Shown: in pieces, positions 39,700 to 51,470 of the stretch
Numbering within the stretch: the first letter of the stretch is position 1
How the letters are laid out: each line of letters begins with the position of its first letter
From: Diadema antillarum
Taxonomy: Eukaryota
Length of the DNA stretch: 64,000 bases
Direction of reading: 5' to 3'
Assembly: GCF_040938485.1 (NCBI RefSeq)
Contig: NW_027271164.1
Location: 2,080,064-2,144,063 of the forward strand
The notes under the pieces: generated by a model
Databases searched by the model: none
What the model was told of the DNA's origin: nothing
Seen by the model: only the letters and a program-made list of their open reading frames with translations
Program-made: the position numbers and the translations under genes

Positions 39700-41670
39700 A
39701 AAAGTGGACATCTGTGAGTGACAGAATTCATCATATCCAATACTCAGTACTTCCCATATGATAGACAGCAGTGTGAAAATAAATCAGTAGCATGGATTCA
39801 TCAGCATGGTGATATGTTTCAAAGACCTCTTAATAGTGGCAGCATAATTCTGAAAATGCTGAAAATAGCGAAAGTTAATCCTGTACATAAAAAAGATGAT
39901 CCTCATGAAATTAGTAATCATCGTCCTATTTCTTTATTGCCTAGTATATCCAAAATCTTAGAAAAAATTGTTTATGATAGACTTCTTAAATTTATTAATA
40001 AGTATGATTTACTTATTCCCAATCAATATGGTTTCAGAAAAAATTATTCAACTGATTTAGCACTAATACAAATTTATGACAAAATTACGAGTGCTTTTGC
40101 AAACAAAGAACATGTTGCAGGTATATTTTGTGATTTGAGTAAAGCATTCGATACTCTTGATCATTCTATTTTACTCACCAAACTTAGTCATTATGGTATT
40201 CGAGGACAAGCACTTTTATGGCTTACAGATTATCTAACTAATAGAAGACAATATGTTATTTTTAATGGTTGTGAATCTGACCCCCTTTTAATTAAATGTG
40301 GTGTTCCTCAAGGCTCAATTCTAGGCCCATTATTATTCCTTCTTTATGTTAATGATATCATAAATACATCCTCTCTTCTCTCTTTTGTTCTATTTGCTGA
40401 TGATACGAATATATTTTATTCTCATAAAGATCTTAAGATTTTAAATGACACTTTAAATATTGAAATTAGTAAAGTATCAAATTGGTTTAAGTCTAATAAA
40501 CTTTCTTTGAATATAAAAAAGACTCATTTTATTCATTTCAAACTTCATTCTCATAATGAAGATACGTTGATACATATTAACATTGATGATATCCCATTAG
40601 AAAAGAAAATGAATTCAAAATTTCTAGGAGTATATATAGATGAAAGTTTGACTTGGAATGAGCATTTACATCATGTTACAACGTGTATTTCTAGAAATAT
40701 AGGGATAATTTCCAAGCTGAAGTTCTTTCTTCCTCGTTCAACTTTATTTCTATTATATAATTCCTTAATTCTCCCATATATAAGTTATTGCAATGTTGTA
40801 TGGGGTACTTGCGGCTCTACCAAAATAAATTCTATATTTAAATTACAAAAGAAAGTTATACGTATTTGTACAGGATCGCATTTTCCGGCTCATACTGATT
40901 CTTTATTTCATGAGCTTAAAACATTGAAGGTTTTTGATTTGAATATTATTCAAGTAGCAGTAATTATGTTCAAATATATACATCATCAACTTCCATCATC
41001 GTTTGATAACATGTTTAGGTTCAATACTTCTGTCCATTCGTACCCTACTCGTATATGTAGAAATTTCCACCTTTTGAATCCCAAATTGTTAGTGACACAT
41101 AAATCTACAAGATATTCGGGTCCGGATATTTGGAATAATCTCCCGGATAATATAAAGTCTTGTTCAAGTATTTATTCTTTGAAAGCTTCACTTAAACGAT
41201 ATTTGATACAATTATATTCTCCAAACCAATTGAGCTAACAAATATTTATAGTATAGATTGTCATCTTATTGTCAATCTCTATTTTCTTCCTTCAACTGCA
41301 TCTTGCACTCTCACCTGCAACTGCACTGCACTCACCTGATCACCTTCCTCCAAGAGAGTTATGTCGTTGGATAGTCATTTTATGAGGCCTCCATCCATTT
41401 CAAGCTTAATCGCTTATGATGGTGGTCTCCTGCATTCAATTATCTCTGTTGTTTACTGAAAAATACTGTATATTTTATTTTATGTTTCTGTGTATCTACA
41501 TTGCTCAATGCAATCACCTATGTGAATCTATTTATGTACTGTTATCGATTTATTTCACTGCACTTGTTATTCTTTGTCTTTGTACTTTTTGAAGTTTGCA
41601 TTCAAATTGCATCTGATTGAATGCAGAAATAAAAGCAAACAAACAAACAAACAAACAAATAATTCTCAAA
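39700..41670 (+). mobile_element. 5'-truncated non-LTR retrotransposon (CR1/L2-like LINE). The RT ORF is intact, there is no endonuclease domain, and the 3' end carries a (CAAA)n tail. It is antisense within CESL-3 intron 5.
   Basis: RT motifs present: RPISLLPSISKILEKIV, FRKNYSTDLAL, CDLSKAFDTLDHSILLTKL, GVPQGSILGPLLFLLYVNDI and FADDTNIF. The (CAAA)n run is at about 41632-41668. Confidence 0.8.
39718..41238 (+). CDS. LINE ORF2 reverse transcriptase, 506 aa, uninterrupted
   Basis: Taken from the six-frame track. All RT blocks are in frame, including the FADD (YXDD-type) box. Confidence 0.8.
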   Translation: MTEFIISNTQYFPYDRQQCENKSVAWIHQHGDMFQRPLNSGSIILKMLKIAKVNPVHKKDDPHEISNHRPISLLPSISKILEKIVYDRLLKFINKYDLLIPNQYGFRKNYSTDLALIQIYDKITSAFANKEHVAGIFCDLSKAFDTLDHSILLTKLSHYGIRGQALLWLTDYLTNRRQYVIFNGCESDPLLIKCGVPQGSILGPLLFLLYVNDIINTSSLLSFVLFADDTNIFYSHKDLKILNDTLNIEISKVSNWFKSNKLSLNIKKTHFIHFKLHSHNEDTLIHINIDDIPLEKKMNSKFLGVYIDESLTWNEHLHHVTTCISRNIGIISKLKFFLPRSTLFLLYNSLILPYISYCNVVWGTCGSTKINSIFKLQKKVIRICTGSHFPAHTDSLFHELKTLKVFDLNIIQVAVIMFKYIHHQLPSSFDNMFRFNTSVHSYPTRICRNFHLLNPKLLVTHKSTRYSGPDIWNNLPDNIKSCSSIYSLKASLKRYLIQLYSPNQLS

Positions 41671-42010
41671 CCAGTTACATTTTGGAGCGGTGCTTTTTTC
41701 TTTCTTCCTCATGCATTCGAACATTATCAAGTATCAAATTTTACGATGTCGTGCAATGGGCTATAACTTCCCTGCGTAAAACAAATGTCTCATTCGATAG
41801 AATGATGAATAAACCAAGGCATGCGAGATAAGTACACAGAAAAGACACTAATTAGAAATATATGTTCCTCAGAAGAAAAGAAAAGAGAAAGGAAATTTTT
41901 AAGAAGTAAGGAAGAAACAACTTGGGAAGACGCTATGGTTATAGAGACAGCATCTCAAATAGACAATTTCAAGTCATGGAATAGATGCCCCTAACCTATC
42001 TACCATATAC

Positions 42011-42129
42011 CTGCATGATGATTTTGCTGATATAAGGCCTACTCAGCTTGGAGAGGAGGAGGAGGTTGACACAAGCTGCACCCGCGCTCTGACCGAAGAG
42101 AGTTATCTGGTCCTTGTCTCCTCCAAAGG
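42011..42129 (-). CDS. CESL-3 exon 5 (nucleophile elbow, variant GQSAGA)
   Basis: Peptide [40 protein letters not shown]. Donor GTATAT. Confidence 0.8.
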
Positions 42130-42290
42130 CTGACAGCAGGCATGGAAAAAAAAAATCAGCATTTTTTAAAATCATCTGGTACAATATCTTACTTTTTGCA
42201 CTGATATCAATTTCGACAGAAGAATCATTTCAACAAAACAAATGGAACTAGAATAACATAAAATGGTTTTCTTTGTTTAGTAGCCATATA

Positions 42291-42291
<1 letters not shown>

Positions 42292-42347
<56 letters not shown>

Positions 42348-42360
42348 CATATATACATAT
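42292..42360. repeat. (AT)n microsatellite, in CESL-3 intron 4
   Basis: Direct reading. Confidence 0.9.
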
Positions 42361-42602
42361 ATTATGTACTATAAATCTACGGTATTCCTTTTTCAAAATT
42401 ACTTTGGAAATTCCTCAATATGACGACAGCCTGCGTTGCACTGAATTATGTGAGTTGAATCAAAACAGTACCTAGATATCTCTTCAAACATGCGTACGAA
42501 CCAAAGCAATAATTTATAGAGTCGTTACAATGAACTGAACTGAACTGAACTGAGCTGAACAATAGATTACAACATGCAAGACCGTTTCCAAGGAATTGTT
42601 AC

Positions 42603-42680
42603 CTTCGATATTATTGTAGACCCACTCCAGCGCTGCCACCTGATCCAACATGGCGAAATTTCCTGGTGCAACATCATCCA
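42603..42680 (-). CDS. CESL-3 exon 4
   Basis: Peptide DDVAPGNFAMLDQVAALEWVYNNIE. Donor GTAACA. Confidence 0.7.
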
Positions 42681-43145
42681 CTGAAGACGGATGTAATAGA
42701 TTCAGTAGGGTTATGAAAATGAATTACTGCGCAGTATCACCATCACTACATCAGCAGCGAAGGAAACTTTTAAATAAATTTGAACTAATCCATTTTTCAA
42801 TAATGATAGAGGATGTCAGTGTTTTCTCATTAAACCGTTATTGTAGACGGTTTAGTCTGGATACGTAACTATTGTTCACATTTTGTGTATTAAACAATAC
42901 TTAACAACGATTATACAGATTCAAAATTTTACAGTGGTTGTTTCTGTCCCTAACTTACACTTTAGAACTATTCTAAAGCACTAATGTTGGGTTTTTGTTT
43001 CTTCTGCAAATGGTAGATTATGCCTTTAACAACATCACTTTCGTAAGACTCATTATGTTTTGTGACGTCGTCTTGCATTTCTTCAGTCGATACTGATATA
43101 AGAATTGTGACTCTTACAAGAACTGTAATCGTACGAGAGTCTTAC

Positions 43146-43305
43146 TTGTAGTAAATTGTCCAAAGATCGATAATCGGTAGTTAACAGTCACGATAATGAC
43201 GTCACCGACAGCAGCTAATGGAACGCCGTAAAAGTCATACGTCATAGCAGTTCCTGTTCTGATTCCTCCTCCATGAATCCATACCATCACAGGAACAGCA
43301 GATGA
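43146..43305 (-). CDS. CESL-3 exon 3
   Basis: Peptide [53 protein letters not shown]. Donor GTAAGA. Confidence 0.75.
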
Positions 43306-43779
43306 CTGCAACATAATGTACACGGACAGAGGGTGAAAGAGAAAGAGAGCAAGCAAGAAAACAACATTTAAACCTATATTTTACAGCTTCGGGGAAGTGC
43401 ATGCTCTTACCAGGGAGGTGGAAGAGAAGCATTTTCTACCTCGCTGCTCTCACACAGTTTTTACAAGCCTTACCTTTAATTTTTTCATGAGGAGCATCCT
43501 CGCAGGTTGGTAATGGTAAAGCGCGTGACAATAATGTTGGTTAGACGTTTATGAAATTGGCTTTTCAGTTTTCATCTATTTTTTTTCTTTCGTAGGATCA
43601 CGTATATATGAAAATGGTCGGAGTAACCATGGAGCTGTGGCTCCATGGAGTAACCAATTAATTGCTCGTGCATTGTATACTGTGGGAATTTTATCCATGA
43701 GTCACACAGCCCACGAGCTCGACACTAGGTAAACAAGGCCCACAAGTCCGATACTCATTACATTATTTGGCTTAATGTA

Positions 43780-44375
43780 GCAAGGTCGGTCTCGTGGGCC
43801 TTGAATGGTTTGCCTATAGTGTCAGACTCATGGGCCTTTTTTATCTAGTGTCGGACACGTGGGCCTTGGTTGTCTACTGTCTGACTCATGGGCCCTATTT
43901 GCCTCGCGTCAAGCTCATGGACCATTTTTCATTGTCGAGCCCGTGGGCCGTAATGACTCGTGGGTATCGGGCTCGTGGGATGACTCCAAATCAAAGCCTA
44001 GATTTTTCCTAAAATATCGAGGCGTCAAGCTCATGGACCATTTTTCATTGTCGATTTCGTGGGCCGTAATGACACGTGGGTATCGGGCTCGTGGGATGAC
44101 TCAGAATCAAAGGCTAGATTTTTCCTAAAATATCGAGGCGTCAAGCTCATGGACCATTTTTCATTGTCGATTTCGTGGGCCGTAATGACTCGTGGGTATC
44201 GGGCTCGTGGGATGACTCCAAATCAAAGCCTAGATTTTTCCTAAAATATCGAGACGTCAAGCTCATGGACCATTTTTCATTGTCGATTTCGTGGGCCGTA
44301 ATGACACGTGGGTATCGGGCTCGTGGGATGACTCCAAATCAAAGCCTAGATTTTTCCTAAAATATCGAGGCGTCA
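43780..44375. repeat. Minisatellite with a 116-bp unit in about 5 copies, in CESL-3 intron 2
   Basis: The repeated unit is ggccgtaatgacNcgtgggtatcgggctcgtgggatgactcNNaatcaaagNctagatttttcctaaaatatcgagNcgtcaagctcatggaccatttttcattgtcgatttcgtg. The track ORFs 43859, 44059 and 44175 give identical peptides. Confidence 0.85.
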
Positions 44376-44452
44376 TATCTTTAAAATGAAGAGAAAATGG
44401 AATTAGACAATCCAGCCAGAGACATCTCGTGAGAGGGACAGATATTACTCAC

Positions 44453-44629
44453 CTTGTTACTCGGGGAGTACACGTTCAGATAGAGACAGTCCTCTGACAT
44501 GTAGGGGATTTCAGTGTTGTTAACCTGCAGGCAGGCTGGGGCAAACTCGGTGGCGTTTCTCTCGCCCGTCCATGGAGTCTTGCTCACTGGCTTCGCGAAA
44601 CGCTCCGGTGGATCTGCGTAGGGAATTCC
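44453..44629 (-). CDS. CESL-3 exon 2
   Basis: Peptide [59 protein letters not shown]. Donor GTGAGT. Confidence 0.8.
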
Positions 44630-44787
44630 CTACAGGCACCAACAGAAATTGTCGTCAATAATTTTAGCTCATGTATCATGCTCACTGATAGAAGTAACAG
44701 CAAGATTTCACGAGCCAAATGATATACATATCAACAGCATTGATATTATCATCACGAAGTGTCATTGAATGCAATTGTTAGTATCAA

Positions 44788-45170
44788 AGGGACTGTACAG
44801 TATACTGGTTGAGGTGAGGATTCAGGTTTATAACATTCCTAAGTGAGATAATGAGAAACCTCTTCTGAAATATGAAAGAGTATGTAATTCTAAGAAGGAT
44901 TCAATGTTTACTTGATAAAAATCGGTTTTCAAATGGCTGAGATATCCAAAAAAGTCGAAAAGGCGACAGGCCATGCCTTTTACCAGGATCTCTTTATTTC
45001 ACCTTGTTTTTGGATATCTCAGCCATTTCACAACCGATTTTCATCAAATAAACTTTTGATACCCCTTAGAATTGCATGCTCTTTGACATCTCTTAGAGTG
45101 GTTTCTGAATATCTTGCAAAACGTTAAAAGCTAAATCTTCACCTCAACCAGAACTGTACACACCCTTTAA
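44788..45170. mobile_element. MITE-like palindromic element, family M1, in CESL-3 intron 1. It is the first of a tandem pair.
   Basis: The 5' end gggactgtacagtatactggttgaggtgagga is the reverse complement of the 3' end tcacctcaaccagaactgtacacaccc. Confidence 0.6.
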
Positions 45171-45411
45171 CATGTCTCGTAATTAAATAAGGGCAGAAAA
45201 CACGAGTTCAAATAAAATATTAAGTAGAAAAGTGCGGAGGTGTGCACCTTCTCGAGCGCGTCTCTTTAATGAATGTATGATACATCTACTCAAAAGTTCT
45301 GCCTTATAACTTTATACTTTTGTTTCGTCTTTAATCTATAATGTTTACCCATTTAATCGTGTGATTTTAATGCTTTTTTTTCCCATACTGACATATTTTT
45401 TCAAGCACTTT

Positions 45412-45748
45412 AAAGGGGCTGTACAGTACTGGCTGAGGTGGGGATTCATGTTTTTTTACATTTCTAAGTGAGATAATGAGAAACCTCATATGAAATATGA
45501 AAGAGCATGGCTGAGATATTCCAAAAAGTAAAAGACTACTAGTATACAGGCCACGCCTTTTATTAGGATCTCTTTGTTTCACCTTGTTTTGGTATCTCGG
45601 CCATTTCAAAACCGATTTTCATCAAATAAACTTTTGATGCCCCTTAGAATTGCATGCTCGTTGCCATCTCATAGAGTGGTTTCTGAATATCTCGCAAAAT
45701 GTTAAAAGCTAAATCCTCGCCTCGACCAGAACTGTACACACCCTTTAA
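45412..45748. mobile_element. MITE-like palindromic element, family M1, second of the tandem pair
   Basis: It runs ggggctgtacagtactggctgaggtgggga ... ctcgaccagaactgtacacaccctttaa. Confidence 0.6.
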
Positions 45749-45878
45749 AACCATCTCCAAGTTGTTAAATGGGAGTCATTACAAGCAGCTTATTAGTATT
45801 TTATATTTAGCCTAAAGGATAAGAGAACCGAGCATTACTTGTAAAAGAATGCGTTCAGATATAGCTCATTGGACTCAC

Positions 45879-46040
45879 CAGAAATACATCGACATCGACC
45901 GTCTTGTTGATGTAAGTGCTTTCGCTGAACCTCACCATTTCCCCTACCAGGATTCCCTCAGTGACATTCACTTTGGGATCAGCGGACTCACCCTTCCCAA
46001 TGAGGGCAATACTTATCAGCACCACAAAGCCCAATTTCAT
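45879..46040 (-). CDS. CESL-3 exon 1
   Basis: ATG at 46040. Peptide MKLGFVVLISIALIGKGESADPKVNVTEGILVGEMVRFSESTYINKTVDVDVFL. Donor GTGAGT. Confidence 0.8.
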
Positions 46041-47094
46041 TTTCCCCTCGTGGTGTTATATCGACTGTAACAGTTCAAAATATGGCGTGTAAGTCCCTGG
46101 AAACTATCAAAGAAATCTGTCGGGAAAAGGAGCAAGCATTGAAATTCGTAACACCTGACAAGTATCCCCTCTTTGAAGCCATGCACTATCAATTGAATGT
46201 CAATGTTTGTCCTCCTTTCCCTCTCCCGCGCTGTCTCAGAAAAAAAAAAATCACCATTATTGACATACAAGGCTGGATAGCAAGATATGCAAGTCATACA
46301 ATGTTTTGTTGACAGTATTCATCACGGGACTCTTGAAAGAAATATCATCGGGGTCTTCGAGGTTATCAGAGCTACTTAAAACTCCTTAAACCTTTATTAA
46401 ATTGAAATCATAACCGTCAAGAGGGTCGTTACGTATGGCAAAGCGGCAAGGTGTGGTATTGCAGAGATAGATATTAATCAATTTTACACCATTATTTTCT
46501 GTGTGATATGCTTTCTGTCATAATAAACAAGAATGTTGAATTAATTTCTAGTCGCACTTTATTGCCTTGATGACTCGATGAGCAACGCAGATTTGTTTGG
46601 TGTTTAAATAAATATTTATGTTGAATGTAGATTTTATATGCTTACCTCACTTTTTACAGTCATGATAGTAATCTGGTTTAGATATGGAGAGGAGTTGACC
46701 AACCTAACTCAAGAGCAGGGATGAGACTGCAAGACATCATGCGAAATACAATTCACTCTAATTTCATTCATTATCACTCAATGTTTATTTCAATTGTTTG
46801 TCAAATTGCGACTTATTTCATTGATGAAAATATGAAAGGTGCAAATTTTGCAAATAATCAAAGATTCCCAACGAGTCCGATCCCTGACCACCCTGTCTTC
46901 TCGTACATTTGAACTCGACATCATGAACTCGGGGCCATGACAGTGTCAGCGTGTGTCACTGTGTGCATAGCGTGTCGTGTTTTGTGTATAATGAATACCG
47001 TGAACCAGCGCGTGACGTTCATCGCCGAAAAACAATTGTCAACATTCAGAATAAAGGTTATAACCGGAGGGCCAAACCCCAAAAAGTCGCTTAC

Positions 47095-47965
47095 TTAACG
47101 AGTGAGTTGCACTCTCTCTACAAACTAAGTAGACCATGCTTATTTTCAAGTTTTTATTGTAACAAACAACATTCCACTGGTCTACCTCAAAAAATTTGTT
47201 GCGAAAGCCTCCAAATCCAAGATGGCGTCCAAGATGGCCGCCATATTTACTGAATTTGTTATTTGAAAGATAGAATTTGATTGAAAGATCAGATTTCAAC
47301 AAATGTGATGTCATATGAAAGAGAATAAAATTTTCTACAAGTTGATACTATTTTTGTGGGTTTGAGATTTTAAGGAAAAAACACTCATTTTTTGATATTT
47401 TTCTGAAAAAAGGAAAATCATGAAAATGCTTGATTCAGCATAAATCAGAGAAAGACTGAAGGATTATCTTGAAACGTTTCAAGAATTTTGTTTGACATAT
47501 AATTAATATTTCGAGAAAATTAGGGGTCAGTACCTATTTTGGTTCAGGAGTTATAATGTCTCAAACTTGAAAACTCACTATGTAAAAATGGCCACTTTAG
47601 TTGTGACAATACCTTGTTGGTCGTAAAAAGAGCCTGCGCGCGCCAAGACTACTACACGCACCACTTACACTGGCGCTTGTAGCAGTGCCAGTGGTGCGTG
47701 TAGTAGTCTTGGCAAACGCAGACATTTTCTTTGACAAACAAGGGTTTGTGCCTGCAAACTAACTTTTCATACCAAGTGGCAGCTCAGGTGACGCTGATTG
47801 CTATTATTTCAAAGTAGATTGTTCTGAAGCAGATGAGATGAAGCAAAAATATCTTTCAAATAGAGGTAGAAGCTTGAAATAACCTTGCTATAGAAAGTTT
47901 AAAACAAAATCTGGATCAATCACTCAAAAAATTCAAGATTGCAGGCCATCAAAGCTGACATAGTG
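47095..47965. repeat. Left arm of a large inverted-repeat complex (about 870 bp). It contains a 170-bp internal sub-palindrome at 47590..47760.
   Basis: This arm is the reverse complement of 50575..51470. The track ORFs 47039..47314(-) and 51233..51559(+) share an identical 70-aa translation. Confidence 0.8.
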
Positions 47966-48179
47966 TATTGCGCCAAAGTAAATGTATTATTTCGTTTTTG
48001 ATACAATTTTGTCTGTTGTGCTATCTTAAACCGTCTTAGGTTTTTATGGACACATTTTTAGAACTAGTGATATTCTACTCTCCGAAAAAGAAAAAAAAAA
48101 TCGAGTGGAAGTTTTTGCTTTTGATGTGAGGAGTGAATAACAAGAAAACGGTGAATTTAGAGTGAAATTGGAGTGACTT

Positions 48180-48480
48180 TTGAGTGAAAATGTTCATTTT
48201 CACTCATTTTAGAGTGACCTTAATAGGCAGGGCTCTACACTAACTTTTATTTTTGGTGGCCCAAAGGCAAATATCCGATCTTTATTGGTGGCCCGATCAG
48301 GCCACCTATGTTCTTCATTTCTGACATTTTGGTGGCCCGACGTGCGTTTTTGGTGGCCCCGGGCCACCGGACCACCGTTAGTGTCGAGCCCTGCCTTAGG
48401 GATCACTTGTCACTCTTCGAGTGATCCCCGAGGTCACTCTAAAATGAATGAAAATGAACATTTTCACTCTCGAGTGATCC
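48180..48480. repeat. Inner hairpin at the core of the 47-51.5 kb inverted-repeat complex
   Basis: gagtgaaaatgttcattttcactcattttagagtgacc is the reverse complement of ggtcactctaaaatgaatgaaaatgaacattttcactc. The loop is GC-rich, with ggtggccc repeated. Confidence 0.65.
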
Positions 48481-50574
48481 TGATATCTAATATGGGAAAG
48501 CATCTACCAATGGCATAAGCTCATATCAATTGTGACACTATAACCCACATGAAATCAGCCTAAAAACAATGTAAGAAAAATCTGGTAACAGAAAATACAG
48601 TTTCAGCATGCTTATTTGTAAATGTGAATATACAGCACGAATAATCAATTTGGACAATTTTATTCGAACAATATACTGAAAAGTAATTTCGCACAACACA
48701 TTTTGCACAACAAAGTTGAGAAATTGCCGCCATGTCGGATTTTTTTTTAATTTTATTTATTTATTTTTTTGGGGGGAGGGGGTTCGGATCAGAAGGGCTT
48801 TCAAGGACATCTACGGATCAGACATTATTACACATATACCATCATCATTCAGGCGTTTCTACAACAGCAGAGTAACATACAAGTAAAAAAGCATATCTTT
48901 GATACAGAAGCATTTCTTTTTTATCAAAGATTGGGCCTTACCCTAACACTGGAATGAGCTCCACCCCCCACCCCCCACCCAAAAAAAAAAGACCCTCAAT
49001 ATGGTTTACACTAGCACAATATCGTTCGGATGTATAGGAACATGTAATAGACAGCAATATAAGAAGATTAAAAAAATATATCAAATTATAAGTTATAAGT
49101 TGAGATTTAACTTTGACGCAACACACTAAAGGTATTCTACCATTGGGAGAGATATCACATTCGATTTATATGTGCAGGTTAGTTGTATTACAAAACATTC
49201 TACCATGTAAAAAAATTATGATAAAGCCTAAAACATACGGAGATATCACCATTGCTTTTCAAGAAACCATAGCCATAACTGTTGACAATTTAGTATATAA
49301 AAAAAACATTCTTATCAGATCTATTTAGTATATCTAACAATATTTAGCATTGATTATACTGATTTCAGTTTGTACATTAGTTGTTCTATCCCTAACTCAC
49401 AGTTTAGAACTAGTTTGAGGAATTAAGTAAAGCTGGGTTTTTGTTTTACGTGCACTAATGGTAAATAATGCCTTGAACGACAACCTCGATTAATTAACGC
49501 CATCTTGAATTTTGTGTGGATACTATTTTTATCGCTAAATATTACACATTGGCAAAATTTGTGCCAAATTCCAAGCTCCTATCTCTTTTTGGAAAATACT
49601 TTCTGTTCAATTTTATCTGCCTCAGAACAATCTACTATGATGAAATGCTACAGTAATAGCGATCAGCGTCACCTACCACTTGGCATGAAAAGTTAGTTTG
49701 CAGGTACTTGCAAGTCACTAGACCGTTACAGTATTACATGTGACCATGTAAACACATTGTATGCAAAATTTATAATGCATAAATGTAATTTGTTCAAGTT
49801 TTAGACGTTAACTTGTCAATAGTGTATGATATTGCCTGTAATTCCAGAAATATGAATTATATCTCAATCTCAGTAAATCTCAATCTCAATCGCAGGTTTC
49901 AAAATAATTCTTCAGTTCTTCTTTGATAAATACTAAATCATGCATTTTCACATTTCTTCCTTTTTCCAAACAATATAAAAATATGGATCCCCCCCCCCCC
50001 AATTTATCACAATACACAGCTAAAGTGGTATCGACTTTTAGGAAGTTTTACTCTCCTTCATATGACATCAAATGTGTTGCAATCCAATGTCTCTATCAAA
50101 TTTTATGTTTGAAATGTTAACTTCAATAAAAATGGCGGCCCTATTGGACCGCATTTGTACTTTGGAGGTTTTTGCAACAAATCTATTGAGGTGTACTTAA
50201 GGAACATTGCTTAGTATGCTTAATATTATGTATGGTCTTGTTTATAGAGAGAGTGGAACTCGATAGTAAGCTTGATCTTGGATTTGACCCTCTGTGACGT
50301 CTTTGGGAACAGATGCGTGTAAATGCATATTATATAAAATGGGATTTCAAGTTTGAGACATTATAACTCCTGAACCAAATACAATACTGACCTCTAATTT
50401 TTTAAAAACTTTTTAGAGAAATATTCATGGTGCATTCTGAAAAAAAAAATGTCTCCGTAAAAACCTAAGATGGTTTGAAATGGCATTAAAATGTTCAGAA
50501 TATATAAAAACCATATAAATAGACAGCAAAACAGACAAAATTGTTTCAAAATCGAAATGATACATTTACTTTGG

Positions 50575-51470
50575 CTCAATACACTATGTCAGCTTTGATG
50601 GCCTGCAATCTTGAATTTTTTGAGTGATTGATCCAGATTTTGTTTTAAACTTTCTATAGCAAGGTTATTTCAAACTTCTACCTCTATTTGAAAGATATTT
50701 TTGCTTCATCTCATCTGTTTCAGAACAATCTACTTTGAAACAATAGCAATCAGCGTCACCTGAGCTACCACTTGGTATGAAAAGTTAGTTTGCAGGCACA
50801 AACCCTTGTTTGTCAAAGAAAATGTCTGCATTTGCCAAGACTACTACACGCACCACTGGCACTGCTACAAGCGCCAGTGTCAGTGGTGCGTGTAGTAGTC
50901 TTGGCGCGCGCAGGCTCTTTTTACGACCAACAAGGTATTGTCACAACTAAAGTGGCCATTTTTACATAGTGAGTTTTCAAGTTTGAGACATTATAACTCC
51001 TGAACCAAAAACGGTACTGACCCCTAATTTTCTCGAAATATCAATTATATGTCAAACAAAATTCTTGAAACGTTTCAAGATAATCCTTCAGTCTTTCTCT
51101 GATTTATGCTGAATCAAGCATTTTCATGATTTTCCTTTTTTCAGAAAAATATCAAAAAATGAGTGTTTTTTCCTTAAAATCTCAAACCCACAAAATTAGT
51201 ATCAACTTGTAGAAAATTTTATTCTCTTTCATATGACATCACATTTGTTGAAATCTGATCTTTCAATCAAATTCTATCTTTCAAATAACAAATTCAGTAA
51301 ATATGGCGGCCATCTTGGACGCCATCTTGGATTTGGAGGCTTTCGCAACAAATTTTTTGAGGTAGACCAGTGGAATGTTGTTTGTTACAATAAAAACTTG
51401 AAAATAAGCATGGTCTACTTAGTTTGTAGAGAGAGTGCAACTCGACCTCTGTTTTTAGCTTTTGGCCCCC
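50575..51470. repeat. Right arm of the inverted-repeat complex. A partial third copy lies at 50100..50440.
   Basis: This arm is the reverse complement of the left arm. The same gtttgcaggcacaaacccttgt...ccaagactactacacgcaccac sub-palindrome lies at 50770..50940. Confidence 0.8.

Larger units (their letters stand above)
36050..46040 (-). other. CESL-3 gene locus: complete 10-exon carboxylesterase-like paralog (about 599 aa) with a disrupted catalytic triad. A CR1/L2-like LINE sits in intron 5.
   Basis: The exons sum to 1800 nt. GQSAGA replaces GESAGS and NKDKA replaces NKDEG. His is retained (GATHSED). Confidence 0.8.

Noticed and set aside
43794-44360. Four overlapping ORFs with near-identical peptides (MGRND.WVSGSWDDS...)
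   Set aside because: Each one is a unit of the 116-bp minisatellite read in frame. It is tandem-repeat translation, not a gene.
47039-47314. Identical 70-aa ORFs at 47039..47314 (-) and 51233..51559 (+) as a possible duplicated gene
   Set aside because: They are the same sequence read from the two arms of the inverted repeat. No domain is recognisable, and no transposase-like ORF lies between the arms.
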